A stretch of DNA of 64,000 nt. Origin: Armatimonadota bacterium (lineage in GTDB: Bacteria; Armatimonadota; DTGP01; JAKQQT01). The stretch spans positions 18,690 through 82,689 of the forward strand of contig DASXVS010000032.1 in assembly GCA_036504095.1 (NCBI GenBank), written 5' to 3'. Position 1 is the first letter of the stretch, and each line of letters opens with the position of its first letter. The translations under genes and the position numbers were made by a program. Positions 49,295-58,178 of the stretch are shown piece after piece. The notes beneath the pieces were generated by a model. That model was not told the origin of the DNA and did no database searches. It saw only the letters and a program-made list of their open reading frames with translations.

Positions 49295-50389
49295 ATGATT
49301 CATCTCGATAGTGAGACACAAAGGAAGATCAAAGTACCCTACGCCCTTCGCCGCGTACCTGCCGAATGCCTCTCAACCGTGCTCCCGCTTCCCCTCAAGA
49401 TCAATGCGGGGGACATCGCGTTGGCGGAGGTGGAGACGATCGGCAAGAACAACCGTCTGGAACTCACGTCGGGGCGCAACGCAATGCTCCACGTGGGGGA
49501 TCGGATTGCGGTTGTATTCGGCAACAGATACGCCACCCAACAATTCGAGGGTTACGCCGGCAAAACATCAAAGGGCTGTGACCTGATGTCCATCGGCGGC
49601 CTCTGCGGCCAGGTAAAGAGCAAGCACGCGGGCGTATCCGGCCCAACCAAGCTCCGACTACTTGGACTGCTTGGCGACTCGGTCGGCTATCCCTCCTCGC
49701 TTCGGCACTTCCCGGTTGAGCCGACTTACGACGGCCCAAGACCCCGCGTCGTCGTCGTATGCGGATCGGCGATGGATTCCGGGAAGACGCATGCCGCCAT
49801 GAGCCTGGTCATCGGCCTCAAAAAGACGCACGAAGTGGCAGGTGTGAAACTCACAGGAACCGCCGCCGGCAAAGATACCTGGCACCAACTGGACGCCGGA
49901 GCATGCGTCGCTTTGAATCACGTAGATGGCGGCTTCGAGTCCACCTACATGTGTTCACTGGACGAGCTGCTGGATCTGAACCACCGCTTGGTCGCCGAGG
50001 CGGCCGCCCACGGGGCGGAGTGGGTGGTCATGGAGATCGCCGACGGCCTCTTCGAGCGTGAAACAGCCGCGCTGCTTCAGTCGCACTGCTTTACATCAAC
50101 CGTGGACGCGTGGATATTCTCCGCCGGCGACCCCCTGGCCGTACACGGTGGCGTTGGGATTATGCACGGGTGGGGGCTGAAACCAGTCGCGGTTTCCGGG
50201 CTGGTTTCAATGAGCCCTCTCGGTATCCAGGAAGCGGAGGCAGCGACGGGTCTGCGGTGTCTCACCGCCCAGGAACTCCAGGCCGGGGTACTGAATGACA
50301 CCCTCCTGTCCCTGCCTCGCGCCATGGTACCCCATGGTGGTCGCGTTGAGTGCGACGACTCCCCTCGGCACGAGCTTCTGGCCGTATGA
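49295..50389 (+). CDS. Hypothetical P-loop NTPase-like protein (possibly DUF1611/BioD-like).
   Basis: Walker-A-like VVVVCGSAMDSGKTHAAMSLVIGL in the C-terminal half. The N-terminal ~140 aa are beta-rich. No confident family assignment. Confidence 0.5.
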   Translation: MIHLDSETQRKIKVPYALRRVPAECLSTVLPLPLKINAGDIALAEVETIGKNNRLELTSGRNAMLHVGDRIAVVFGNRYATQQFEGYAGKTSKGCDLMSIGGLCGQVKSKHAGVSGPTKLRLLGLLGDSVGYPSSLRHFPVEPTYDGPRPRVVVVCGSAMDSGKTHAAMSLVIGLKKTHEVAGVKLTGTAAGKDTWHQLDAGACVALNHVDGGFESTYMCSLDELLDLNHRLVAEAAAHGAEWVVMEIADGLFERETAALLQSHCFTSTVDAWIFSAGDPLAVHGGVGIMHGWGLKPVAVSGLVSMSPLGIQEAEAATGLRCLTAQELQAGVLNDTLLSLPRAMVPHGGRVECDDSPRHELLAV

Positions 50390-52809
50390 GCCGCGGCCGC
50401 GTGTACGAATGGGCTCCCGACGCCACCCGACCGCTCGGCGGTCGAGTGGCGTCGGCCATCGTGCGTCTTCCCCGGCTGGAACCCTCTCAGGAAGGGCGCC
50501 CACGCCTGTGGGGTCGATACGTGCGAGTAAGGAACGCGAGCTGGCTGAACGTAAGCGGGCCCGATGGGGAATCCTATCGACCGGAACCTGTCGGCTGCGC
50601 GCAACCGGACGCCGACGGGGATTTCCTGTACGAGCCGGTGCGGGGAGGCGGACGGGTAGACAAGATGCCGGTCCCGGGGCCACTCCGCCGGGCCCGCTAC
50701 ATCGAAGCGTCCCGCTTCGGTGAGGTGAACACCTATTATCACCTGGACCTCATCGCTGGGTACATGGACGGCTTGCTTCACGAATTGGGCATGCCATCCC
50801 TGCCGCCCATCGTTGCGGTGGTCAACGCCCATCATGCGGCGACAGAGACGGATCTGGTTCGCGACGGAGTGCTGAAGAGCAAAGGTTGGCTGCCTTTTCA
50901 GGGCGGACACTACCGGCTGCCCAGCCGAACGTTCGACATCCAGGAATACGAACCCGTATCCCCTGATGGTGAGATACATCTCGGTCCCGGCTGGCAGTTG
51001 TGGACACACGGGGCTTTGCCGGATTGCGCCGGCACCGCGTACCGTGCCAACGCCTCGCACAACGCCGGGATACTGTACCACGAATACGGCCACCATCTGA
51101 CAAGGCATACCGCCGATTTCCGGGCGAATTCGTTGCGTGCGCCGGATAACCAGAACAACCGAAAGTCGGCGATGGACGAGGGAACGTGCGACTACTGGGC
51201 CGCCGTGATGCTTCAAACGCCCCACATCTGGGCGTGGCACCGCCGGCACGACGAACAGGAGGTTCACGCCCGAAGCCTTGTTTCCTCCGCGACAATGGCC
51301 GATTTTGACGCGTCACCGACCGCCGACGCGCATGCGAACGGCACGATCTGGGGAACGGCGCTTTGGGATTTCCGAACGGCCGTCGCCCTCGCCGAGGCCG
51401 GGGACGGCCGTCGCGCCGACCGTCTTGTCCTGCAAGCGCTCCACCTTATGGGGCGCTGGTACGGGGAGAAGGAAAGGGCAACCGTGAAAGGCGTATGCAG
51501 GGCCAGACAGGAGTTCGCGACAGGGCTTGCCGCTCTGCTTCAGGCCGACAACGATCTGTATGGTGGTGCGTATCGCGACAGCCTCCTCTCCGCGTTCGCC
51601 CGGCGCGGGATCACTCCCGATCCGGGCTGGAACGCTCCCGCGAGAGACGTACTGCTTCGCGCCCGCCTGCATGCGTCCGAGGAGGGCGGGCAGCCTGAAT
51701 CCGCAGTTTCGCCGATAGACAAACTCCGGAAGCACGTGCCTGCAGACGAAATCCCCTGCGACGGGGATCTGCTTTCGGCGGAGGGCCTGGCGGACCGTTT
51801 GGCACGCTGGGAGGATCCACCGTTGTCCCTTCTCGCCGGCGGTGACGTGATGCTGGGCGGACGAGCCAAATCGGTACTCCAGACCGGCGGGTTCGACCAC
51901 CCGTTCGCCGCCGTGCTCCCGCTCCTGCGCCGCTCCCCCGTCGTTCTGGCCAATCTGGAGGGGCCGCTGGCGCGAAAGGCGCAGAAGCAGTCGCGCAACT
52001 ACTCCTATAAGGCGAACCCACGCTCGGGATCCGCCCTCGCACGGGCCGGCATAAACGTCGTTACTGTTGCGAACAATCACCTGACGGATTGCGGCCGGGA
52101 AGGCATCCTGGAGACCCTGGATGCGCTCGAATCGGCAGGGGTGGCGCCCCTCGGCGGCGGAAGGGATGCCGAAGCCGCGCACCTGCCCGTAGTCATGGAT
52201 TCGGGCGACATCACCATCGGGCTGCTCGGCTATTATTGGAACCGACGATGCGCCGCCATAGGTGATCTCCCCGGCGGCGCCATGGACACGCCGGAATCGC
52301 TGGAGGATGATATACGGCGCCTCCGAGGGCGTGTTGACCGCGTGGTCGTGGCGTTCCACTGGGGCGTACCCTACGAGCGGGAGCCATTGGCGGAAGACCG
52401 CGCCAAGGCGCAATTCGTCATCGACTGCGGCGCCGACGCCGTCATCGGCTGCCATCCACACGTCCTCCAGCCATTCGAGGTCTACCGGGACCGGCCCATT
52501 TTCTACAGCGTCGGAAACTTTGCGTTCGGATCCGGCAACAGCAAGGGTGAAGGTCTGCTGGTGGGGCTGCGGTTCGATCCGACTTCTACCACCGTATCGG
52601 TGTATCCGCTCTACGTGAAGAATCGCGATCCCCGAGTAGACTACCAGCCCAAGGTGCTGACAGGCGCGGGCGCCGAGAGCGTGCTGCGACGGCTTAAGGG
52701 GATTTCAGGAACCGCGGGGCAAATGCTCAACATCGAGGGTGGCCGCGGCGTTCTTCGTCTCCCGTTCGATACCGCCATAACGAAAGAGGCATCCGTGAAT
52801 GCTGCGTAG
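50386..52809 (+). CDS. Fusion protein: N-terminal zincin-like HExxH domain + C-terminal CapA/PGA_cap-family metallophosphoesterase-like domain.
   Basis: Start ATG 50386 overlaps the upstream stop (ATGA). HEYGHHLTRH is an HExxH motif. The C-terminal half (LLAGGDVMLGGR...ANLEGPL...NVVTVANNHLTDCG...GCHPHVLQP...) matches the CapA family. Confidence 0.6.
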   Translation: MSRGRVYEWAPDATRPLGGRVASAIVRLPRLEPSQEGRPRLWGRYVRVRNASWLNVSGPDGESYRPEPVGCAQPDADGDFLYEPVRGGGRVDKMPVPGPLRRARYIEASRFGEVNTYYHLDLIAGYMDGLLHELGMPSLPPIVAVVNAHHAATETDLVRDGVLKSKGWLPFQGGHYRLPSRTFDIQEYEPVSPDGEIHLGPGWQLWTHGALPDCAGTAYRANASHNAGILYHEYGHHLTRHTADFRANSLRAPDNQNNRKSAMDEGTCDYWAAVMLQTPHIWAWHRRHDEQEVHARSLVSSATMADFDASPTADAHANGTIWGTALWDFRTAVALAEAGDGRRADRLVLQALHLMGRWYGEKERATVKGVCRARQEFATGLAALLQADNDLYGGAYRDSLLSAFARRGITPDPGWNAPARDVLLRARLHASEEGGQPESAVSPIDKLRKHVPADEIPCDGDLLSAEGLADRLARWEDPPLSLLAGGDVMLGGRAKSVLQTGGFDHPFAAVLPLLRRSPVVLANLEGPLARKAQKQSRNYSYKANPRSGSALARAGINVVTVANNHLTDCGREGILETLDALESAGVAPLGGGRDAEAAHLPVVMDSGDITIGLLGYYWNRRCAAIGDLPGGAMDTPESLEDDIRRLRGRVDRVVVAFHWGVPYEREPLAEDRAKAQFVIDCGADAVIGCHPHVLQPFEVYRDRPIFYSVGNFAFGSGNSKGEGLLVGLRFDPTSTTVSVYPLYVKNRDPRVDYQPKVLTGAGAESVLRRLKGISGTAGQMLNIEGGRGVLRLPFDTAITKEASVNAA

Positions 52810-54649
52810 ATGGACAAGAGGCGACCCGGCGACTCCGTGGTGGTGGGACCTCCTCCCGCTGCTGCGGCCTTTTCGGCGCCCCTTATTCTGGGCGGGACTC
52901 GCGATGGTGGGCGACGCGATGGTCACGGCGCTGCGCCCGTGGCCGCTTAAGGTAGTCACCGACCGTGTTCTCTCCCACAGAGCCACCCGTGTGCCGTTCA
53001 TCGGCCACTGGCTCCAGCATGCTCCTCTTGACAGGATGCACATCCTGTATGGCGCGTGCGCTACAACCCTCCTGATCGCTCTGACTACCGGGGTCTTGAC
53101 ATACCTCTATACCCGCTCGATGGGCGATATCGGCCAACGATTCGGCTACATTTTGAGGCGGGATCTCTTCGCCCATATGCAGCGCCTCTCGCTCCGGTTC
53201 CACGATCGGCAGCGAACGGGGGACCTGATCACGCGCATCACATCCGATGTGCGGTCCATCCAGGACCTGGTGGAGAACGGCGCGATCACGCTCATGAGCA
53301 ATGCCTGCCTGCTGGCCGGGATGCTCGTGTTGATGTTCTGGCTGAACTGGCGCTTCGCCCTGGCGGCGCTTTCCGTGGCGCCACTGCTGTTCTGGACGGT
53401 GTTCCGCTACACCCGCAGGATCAAGATCGCCGCGCGCCAGGGTCGCATCAGCGACGGCCTGCTCGCCTCGGTTGCCCAGGAAACCCTGGCGTCGATCCGT
53501 GTGGTGCAGGGATTGGCCCAGGAAGAGCAGCAGGACGAAAGATTCCGCATCCAGAGCGAAAACAGCCTGGAAGCCTACAGAGTAGGCGTTTACTACCAGG
53601 CGAAAGTTGCTCCCTATGTGGATATGCTCGCCGCCATTGGGCTCGCCGTCGTTATGTGGTACGGGGCCACGCGGGTGCTGAGCGGTGAGCTGACCACCGG
53701 GGACGTGATTGTGTTCTTCGCCTATGTTACGAACCTCTACAGCCCCATGAAAGCGCTTTCGCGTCTGTCTTATTCCTTCAACAAGGCCAGTGTTGGCGGC
53801 GAAAGGGTTGCGGACGTGCTGCGCACCCAGCGCGAAGTGACCGATCACAAGGGCGCTCATCCCGCGCCTCGCCTGCGGGGCTCCATCGAATTTCAGGACG
53901 TCTGCTTCGAGTACATTCCGGGCCGCCCAGTGCTCAACCATATCAACCTCTGCATACAGCCGGGAGAGCGGGTGGCCATTGTTGGATCAACCGGGGGCGG
54001 AAAGAGCACGTTGGTCAGCCTGCTTCCACGCCTCTACGATCCGACCTCCGGATCCGTGCTGATCGACGGCGAAGATATCCGGAAGTACCAGCTTAACACA
54101 TTGAGGGAACAGATCAGCATGGTCCTTCAGGACTCGCTGCTGTTCCGCGGCACCGTTCGGGAGAACATTGCCTTTGCGCGGCCCGATGCGACCGATGCGG
54201 AGATCAAAGCGGCGGCGGTTATTGCGAGCGCGGACGAGTTCATCAGCCGTCTGCCTGAAGGGTATGAAACGATGGTGGCCGAACGTGGCAGCACGCTCTC
54301 CGGAGGGCAAAAGCAGCGCATCGCCATCGCCCGGGCGATCGTGCGAGACGCGCCGGTTCTCATTCTGGATGAACCCACAAGCGGCCTGGACGCGAGTTCC
54401 GAGCGCATCGTCATCGAGGCGCTTGAAAGGGCCGCGATGGGACGCACAACCCTCATCATCGCGCACCGACTTACAACGGTGCGCTTCGCGGATCGGATCA
54501 TAGTGCTGGACCGCGGCCGCATAGCCGAGGCGGGGACGCCGGAGGACTTGCTGGCAATGAACGGACACTATGCGAAATTACATCGGCTTCAGTTTGGGGC
54601 CAAATCTGCCGGCGTGGCTGTGCCGGCCCCCCCGGCCCCGTTACCCTGA
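52799..54649 (+). CDS. ABC exporter, fused permease/ATPase.
   Basis: TM region, then Walker A GSTGGGKST, LSGGQKQRIAIARA, ILILDEPTSGLD. The start may lie slightly downstream, since it overlaps the previous gene by 11 nt. Confidence 0.85.
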   Translation: MLRRWTRGDPATPWWWDLLPLLRPFRRPLFWAGLAMVGDAMVTALRPWPLKVVTDRVLSHRATRVPFIGHWLQHAPLDRMHILYGACATTLLIALTTGVLTYLYTRSMGDIGQRFGYILRRDLFAHMQRLSLRFHDRQRTGDLITRITSDVRSIQDLVENGAITLMSNACLLAGMLVLMFWLNWRFALAALSVAPLLFWTVFRYTRRIKIAARQGRISDGLLASVAQETLASIRVVQGLAQEEQQDERFRIQSENSLEAYRVGVYYQAKVAPYVDMLAAIGLAVVMWYGATRVLSGELTTGDVIVFFAYVTNLYSPMKALSRLSYSFNKASVGGERVADVLRTQREVTDHKGAHPAPRLRGSIEFQDVCFEYIPGRPVLNHINLCIQPGERVAIVGSTGGGKSTLVSLLPRLYDPTSGSVLIDGEDIRKYQLNTLREQISMVLQDSLLFRGTVRENIAFARPDATDAEIKAAAVIASADEFISRLPEGYETMVAERGSTLSGGQKQRIAIARAIVRDAPVLILDEPTSGLDASSERIVIEALERAAMGRTTLIIAHRLTTVRFADRIIVLDRGRIAEAGTPEDLLAMNGHYAKLHRLQFGAKSAGVAVPAPPAPLP

Positions 54650-54717
54650 CCGACTATCGCCACCTGGATCAGGCTGGCTCTCCCGGGCGTCCGGGCTCTC
54701 TGAACGAAGGGACTCCA

Positions 54718-56121
54718 ATGAGCACATACATGAAGCACCTGACCATCGCGATGGCGGTGGTGGCAGGCTGCATACTGCAGACTCGGATCGCGCGCGCAGA
54801 AACCGTTGTCGCCACCGTTACCGTGGGCGCGGCGCCGCACTCCGTGACGGTGGATTCGGTCACGAACCGCGCCTACGTGACCAACTACGGCACAACCGCG
54901 CTGCCCGGGACTACGGTGTCCGTAATCGATGGCGCAACGACAACAGACACCGTCATGAAGACAATCTCCGTAGGGATTCACCCCCGCTCCGTCTCGGTGA
55001 ATGCCGCGACGCATATGGTGTACGTGACAAACTACTTCGGCGACAGCGTATCAGTGATCAACGGAGACCCGAGCAGCCCCACCTACAACACTGTCCTCAC
55101 AACCATCGCCGTCGGGCCGCATCCGCGCACGATTAAGGTCAACCCCGCGACAAACCGCGTGTACGTGGCGAACTACGGTACCACGAGCGTGCCGGGGACA
55201 ACCGTCTCCGTGATCGACGGCAGTCCGGGCAGCGCGACATTCCACACGGTGGTCAAGACCATTATCGTGGAATCCAACCCACGGCATATCACCCTCAATC
55301 CGACGACGAATACCCTCTATGTCGCAAACGAAGGAAGCGCGAGCGTAACCGTCATCAATGGCGCCAACGACACCTTTGTCAAGACCATCCCCGTCGGTCT
55401 GAATCCGTATGACATCGCGGCCGACACGACGACTAACCAGGTCTACGTCGCCGATGCCGGAACAGACACGAATATCAGCAACAGCATCTCCGTGATCGAC
55501 GGCAACCCAGGCAGTTCCACGCTCAACACCGTGGTAAAGACCATACCGGTGGGCATCCAGCCCCGGTCCATCGCCGTGAACTCCAGGACCAACACGTTGT
55601 ACGCGGCGAATTACGGGACGGCCAATACTCCGGGGAACACTGTCTCCGTAATCAATGCAGACCCATTGAGCCCCGGGTACAACACGGTGGTGAAGACGCT
55701 GGGCGTCGGACTGAACCCTCATGCCGTCCAGGTGAACGGTTCCACTAATCGCATCTATGTCGCCAATTACGGAAGCGACACCGTTTCTGTCATCGATGGC
55801 GCTACCAATACCATCTTGCCGGTAAACCTTCCGACAGGGACCAATCCGTACGCGGTGGCTCTCAATACCACCACCGGCCGTATCTTCGTCGCAAACTACA
55901 CAAGTGACAATGTGACGATCATCCAGGGGCCGCAACCATTGCAGCCGTTCACGATCGCCGACGCTGTACTGGCGCTGAAAGCCGCGGGCGGCCTTTCACC
56001 CACCACTCCGTCAGAAGTATTGCGCTTGAACGTGGTGGACGGTTCGCCCGCCGGCGTAGTCGATTTCTTGGACGCCGTCCGCATCGCGCGCAAGGTGGCG
56101 GGGCTGGAGGCAAACCCCTGA
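54718..56121 (+). CDS. Secreted YVTN-family beta-propeller repeat protein with a C-terminal dockerin-like tag.
   Basis: About 8 repeats of ...RVYVANYG...VSVIDG...N.V..TI.VG..P. The C-terminus FTIADAVLALKAAGGLSPTTPSEVLRLNVVDGSPAGVVDFLDAVRIARKVAGLEANP is homologous to the tail of 28093..31491. Confidence 0.8.
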   Translation: MSTYMKHLTIAMAVVAGCILQTRIARAETVVATVTVGAAPHSVTVDSVTNRAYVTNYGTTALPGTTVSVIDGATTTDTVMKTISVGIHPRSVSVNAATHMVYVTNYFGDSVSVINGDPSSPTYNTVLTTIAVGPHPRTIKVNPATNRVYVANYGTTSVPGTTVSVIDGSPGSATFHTVVKTIIVESNPRHITLNPTTNTLYVANEGSASVTVINGANDTFVKTIPVGLNPYDIAADTTTNQVYVADAGTDTNISNSISVIDGNPGSSTLNTVVKTIPVGIQPRSIAVNSRTNTLYAANYGTANTPGNTVSVINADPLSPGYNTVVKTLGVGLNPHAVQVNGSTNRIYVANYGSDTVSVIDGATNTILPVNLPTGTNPYAVALNTTTGRIFVANYTSDNVTIIQGPQPLQPFTIADAVLALKAAGGLSPTTPSEVLRLNVVDGSPAGVVDFLDAVRIARKVAGLEANP

Positions 56122-56143
56122 AGGGAAATGGGAAGTTCTAATT

Positions 56144-56172
56144 GATGAACGCCGGACATCCTGCGTTCATCG
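56144..56172 (+). terminator. Hairpin after the YVTN gene.
   Basis: TGATGAACGCcggacatcctGCGTTCATCgtctt is a 10-bp stem followed by a T-containing tail. Confidence 0.45.
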
Positions 56173-56336
56173 TCTTAGCGGCATAGCGTCGCGGGCCCGA
56201 GGACGGTCCGTGGCGCGCAATACGGCACGTGACCACGCCGGGCGGCGGTACACCGAGTGCTGCGGGGACCTTGAACAAGGGTGTCAACCCCAATGGTGTT
56301 GCCCGAAATAGCGCGGTGGGCGAAGGCGTGATCCGC

Positions 56337-57041
56337 TCAGATGATTCCGGCGAAGGCTTTCACGAGGTTCACGCCCAGGTCCGCCGTGTCCAGCCAGCGG
56401 TTCATATGCGTTTCGGCCTTCTGGTTCTGCGTCCTTCGGAGGCGCCACTCGGTATATGTGGGCTCGCTCCCCGCCTCGGTGTATGCGTCTTCCCGTTCGA
56501 TAACGATGTGCGGGTAACGGGTACCGAATAGCTGGGTTTCGACCAGACCCGTGCGCGTCTCGCGCTGGTAGATGGGCCCACCGGGCGAGGTGTCGCGCAC
56601 AAACTCGAGTGTTGCGCAGAGGATTTGCTCAACCATATGCCGCCGCAGGCCGGACCGGTCAACGCTCTTTCCGGCCGGCAGCATAGCCAACTTGTCGTCC
56701 TTGTGGTACCGGCGCATCAGGACGATCTCCCGGGTGCTAGCCTCCAGCAGATTCCCCAGCGTGTCCTGGACCATCTGGCTGTACTGGCGTTCTGCCGGCG
56801 TATATGGCGTTTCGCGACGGGTTGCGAATAGATCGTTTTGGCGAACGGGCGCCGCTGCACCGGTCAGGATGCCGGTGTTGCCGCCGTTGATGCCGCTATC
56901 GTCCGACCTGTTGGCGGCATGCACTGAAAACGATGGGATAGCGGAAAGGCGGCCGCGGTCAGCGGCGATTGTGCGACCGTTCCGCCGGGCCGAAGTTACC
57001 TTATGGTCGGTGCCTGCCCTATTTGGGTATAGTTCTGTCAT
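56337..57041 (-). CDS. Hypothetical protein.
   Basis: ORF with no recognisable motif. The start is uncertain (TTG at 57086 or ATG at 57041). Coding status rests only on length and on not being a shadow of an opposite-strand gene. Confidence 0.35.
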   Translation of the reverse strand: MTELYPNRAGTDHKVTSARRNGRTIAADRGRLSAIPSFSVHAANRSDDSGINGGNTGILTGAAAPVRQNDLFATRRETPYTPAERQYSQMVQDTLGNLLEASTREIVLMRRYHKDDKLAMLPAGKSVDRSGLRRHMVEQILCATLEFVRDTSPGGPIYQRETRTGLVETQLFGTRYPHIVIEREDAYTEAGSEPTYTEWRLRRTQNQKAETHMNRWLDTADLGVNLVKAFAGII

Positions 57042-57167
57042 ATTGCTTTGCGGCGGGCAAGAACGCGCCTTTCGCCGCTCCCACAATTAAGATACCACCA
57101 TCGACGGGCTGGGGGAACAGGCATAAGCAATGCTTAATCGGTTCTTAGGCAGCCCAGGCCGGTCGCA

Positions 57168-57686
57168 GTGACGCAAGGAATAATGATGACCGATACCTAC
57201 GTAATGGAGCTTGCCCATGCCATGCCGGGGAGGATCCGGCTGCGCTGGCGCGGCGACGACGCGCCCCCTCATCCCTTCCTGGCCCGGTTGGAGGCGCTTC
57301 CACACGTCAGTGAGGTACAGTGTCGTTTCGCCACGCGCTCCGTGTTGCTGCTCGGGGATTCGTCCCTCACGGCGGACACTGTGAGGGCGGCCACCGCCAA
57401 ACTTGGCGTGACGATTGTAGACCCGCCGCCGCCAAAGCCCGTATTTGAGCCGAAGCCCAGGCGCTCGGATGACGCCAAAGACGCTCTGTGGCAGGATGTT
57501 GAAGCCGCGCTACTTATTGTGGTGATGCTGTCGTGGGTTCGAGACCTTCTCGTAAATCGCGTGTTTCGATTGAGCACGGTGCTGCTCATCGTGATCACCG
57601 CGATGGACCTGTACCGCCACTGGCTTCGCCGTCAGGCGGACGCGAAAAGCGATGACGCATCGACGCTTGAGACCGTGGGGGTATAA
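57168..57686 (+). CDS. Small membrane-anchored protein with an HMA-like ferredoxin-fold domain (PGRIRLRW motif, no CxxC).
   Basis: MELAHAMPGRIRLRW...VQCRFATRSVLLLGD is followed by a C-terminal TM helix. It is a paralog of three other domains within 5 kb. Confidence 0.55.
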   Translation: MTQGIMMTDTYVMELAHAMPGRIRLRWRGDDAPPHPFLARLEALPHVSEVQCRFATRSVLLLGDSSLTADTVRAATAKLGVTIVDPPPPKPVFEPKPRRSDDAKDALWQDVEAALLIVVMLSWVRDLLVNRVFRLSTVLLIVITAMDLYRHWLRRQADAKSDDASTLETVGV

Positions 57687-57689
57687 CGC

Positions 57690-58178
57690 GTGGCAACCCA
57701 TGGGGGCAAGCCGGCGCCGGTCACCGAGGATTGGAAGCGCGTTTTCGCCAAAGTCCTGATCCGAATGCCGAACTACGTCCGCCTCGGCTGGAAATTGGCG
57801 CGCTCAAGCGAGATCCCGAGACGGCACAAAGCGGGGCTCCTCGGTGGCGTGCTCTACCAGTTGGCGCCCGTCGACCTGGTTCCGAACATTATACCGGTTC
57901 TGGGGCAACTGGATGACGTTGGTGTCCTGCTGTATGGCATCCGGTCGGCGCTTCGGCACTGCCCTCCAGACCTGGCAGCACAGCTGATGTCTGAATACGG
58001 CGTATCCGAGGCGCAGCTGAACAGGGACATCTCCGCGATGAATACCGTGGCGCGGGGGTTCGGACGCCTCATCGCCCGCGGCGCCTGGCGCGGTGGAAAG
58101 GCGACCGCGCGAGTGCTGGGCCGCGGCGTCGCCGCGGGCGCGACCCTGGCGTGGGCCGCCTACCGGAGACACAGGTGA
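57690..58178 (+). CDS. DUF1232 (YkvA-like) membrane protein.
   Basis: LYQLAPVDLVPNIIPVLGQLDDVGVLLYGI is the DUF1232 signature. GTG start. Confidence 0.7.
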   Translation: MATHGGKPAPVTEDWKRVFAKVLIRMPNYVRLGWKLARSSEIPRRHKAGLLGGVLYQLAPVDLVPNIIPVLGQLDDVGVLLYGIRSALRHCPPDLAAQLMSEYGVSEAQLNRDISAMNTVARGFGRLIARGAWRGGKATARVLGRGVAAGATLAWAAYRRHR

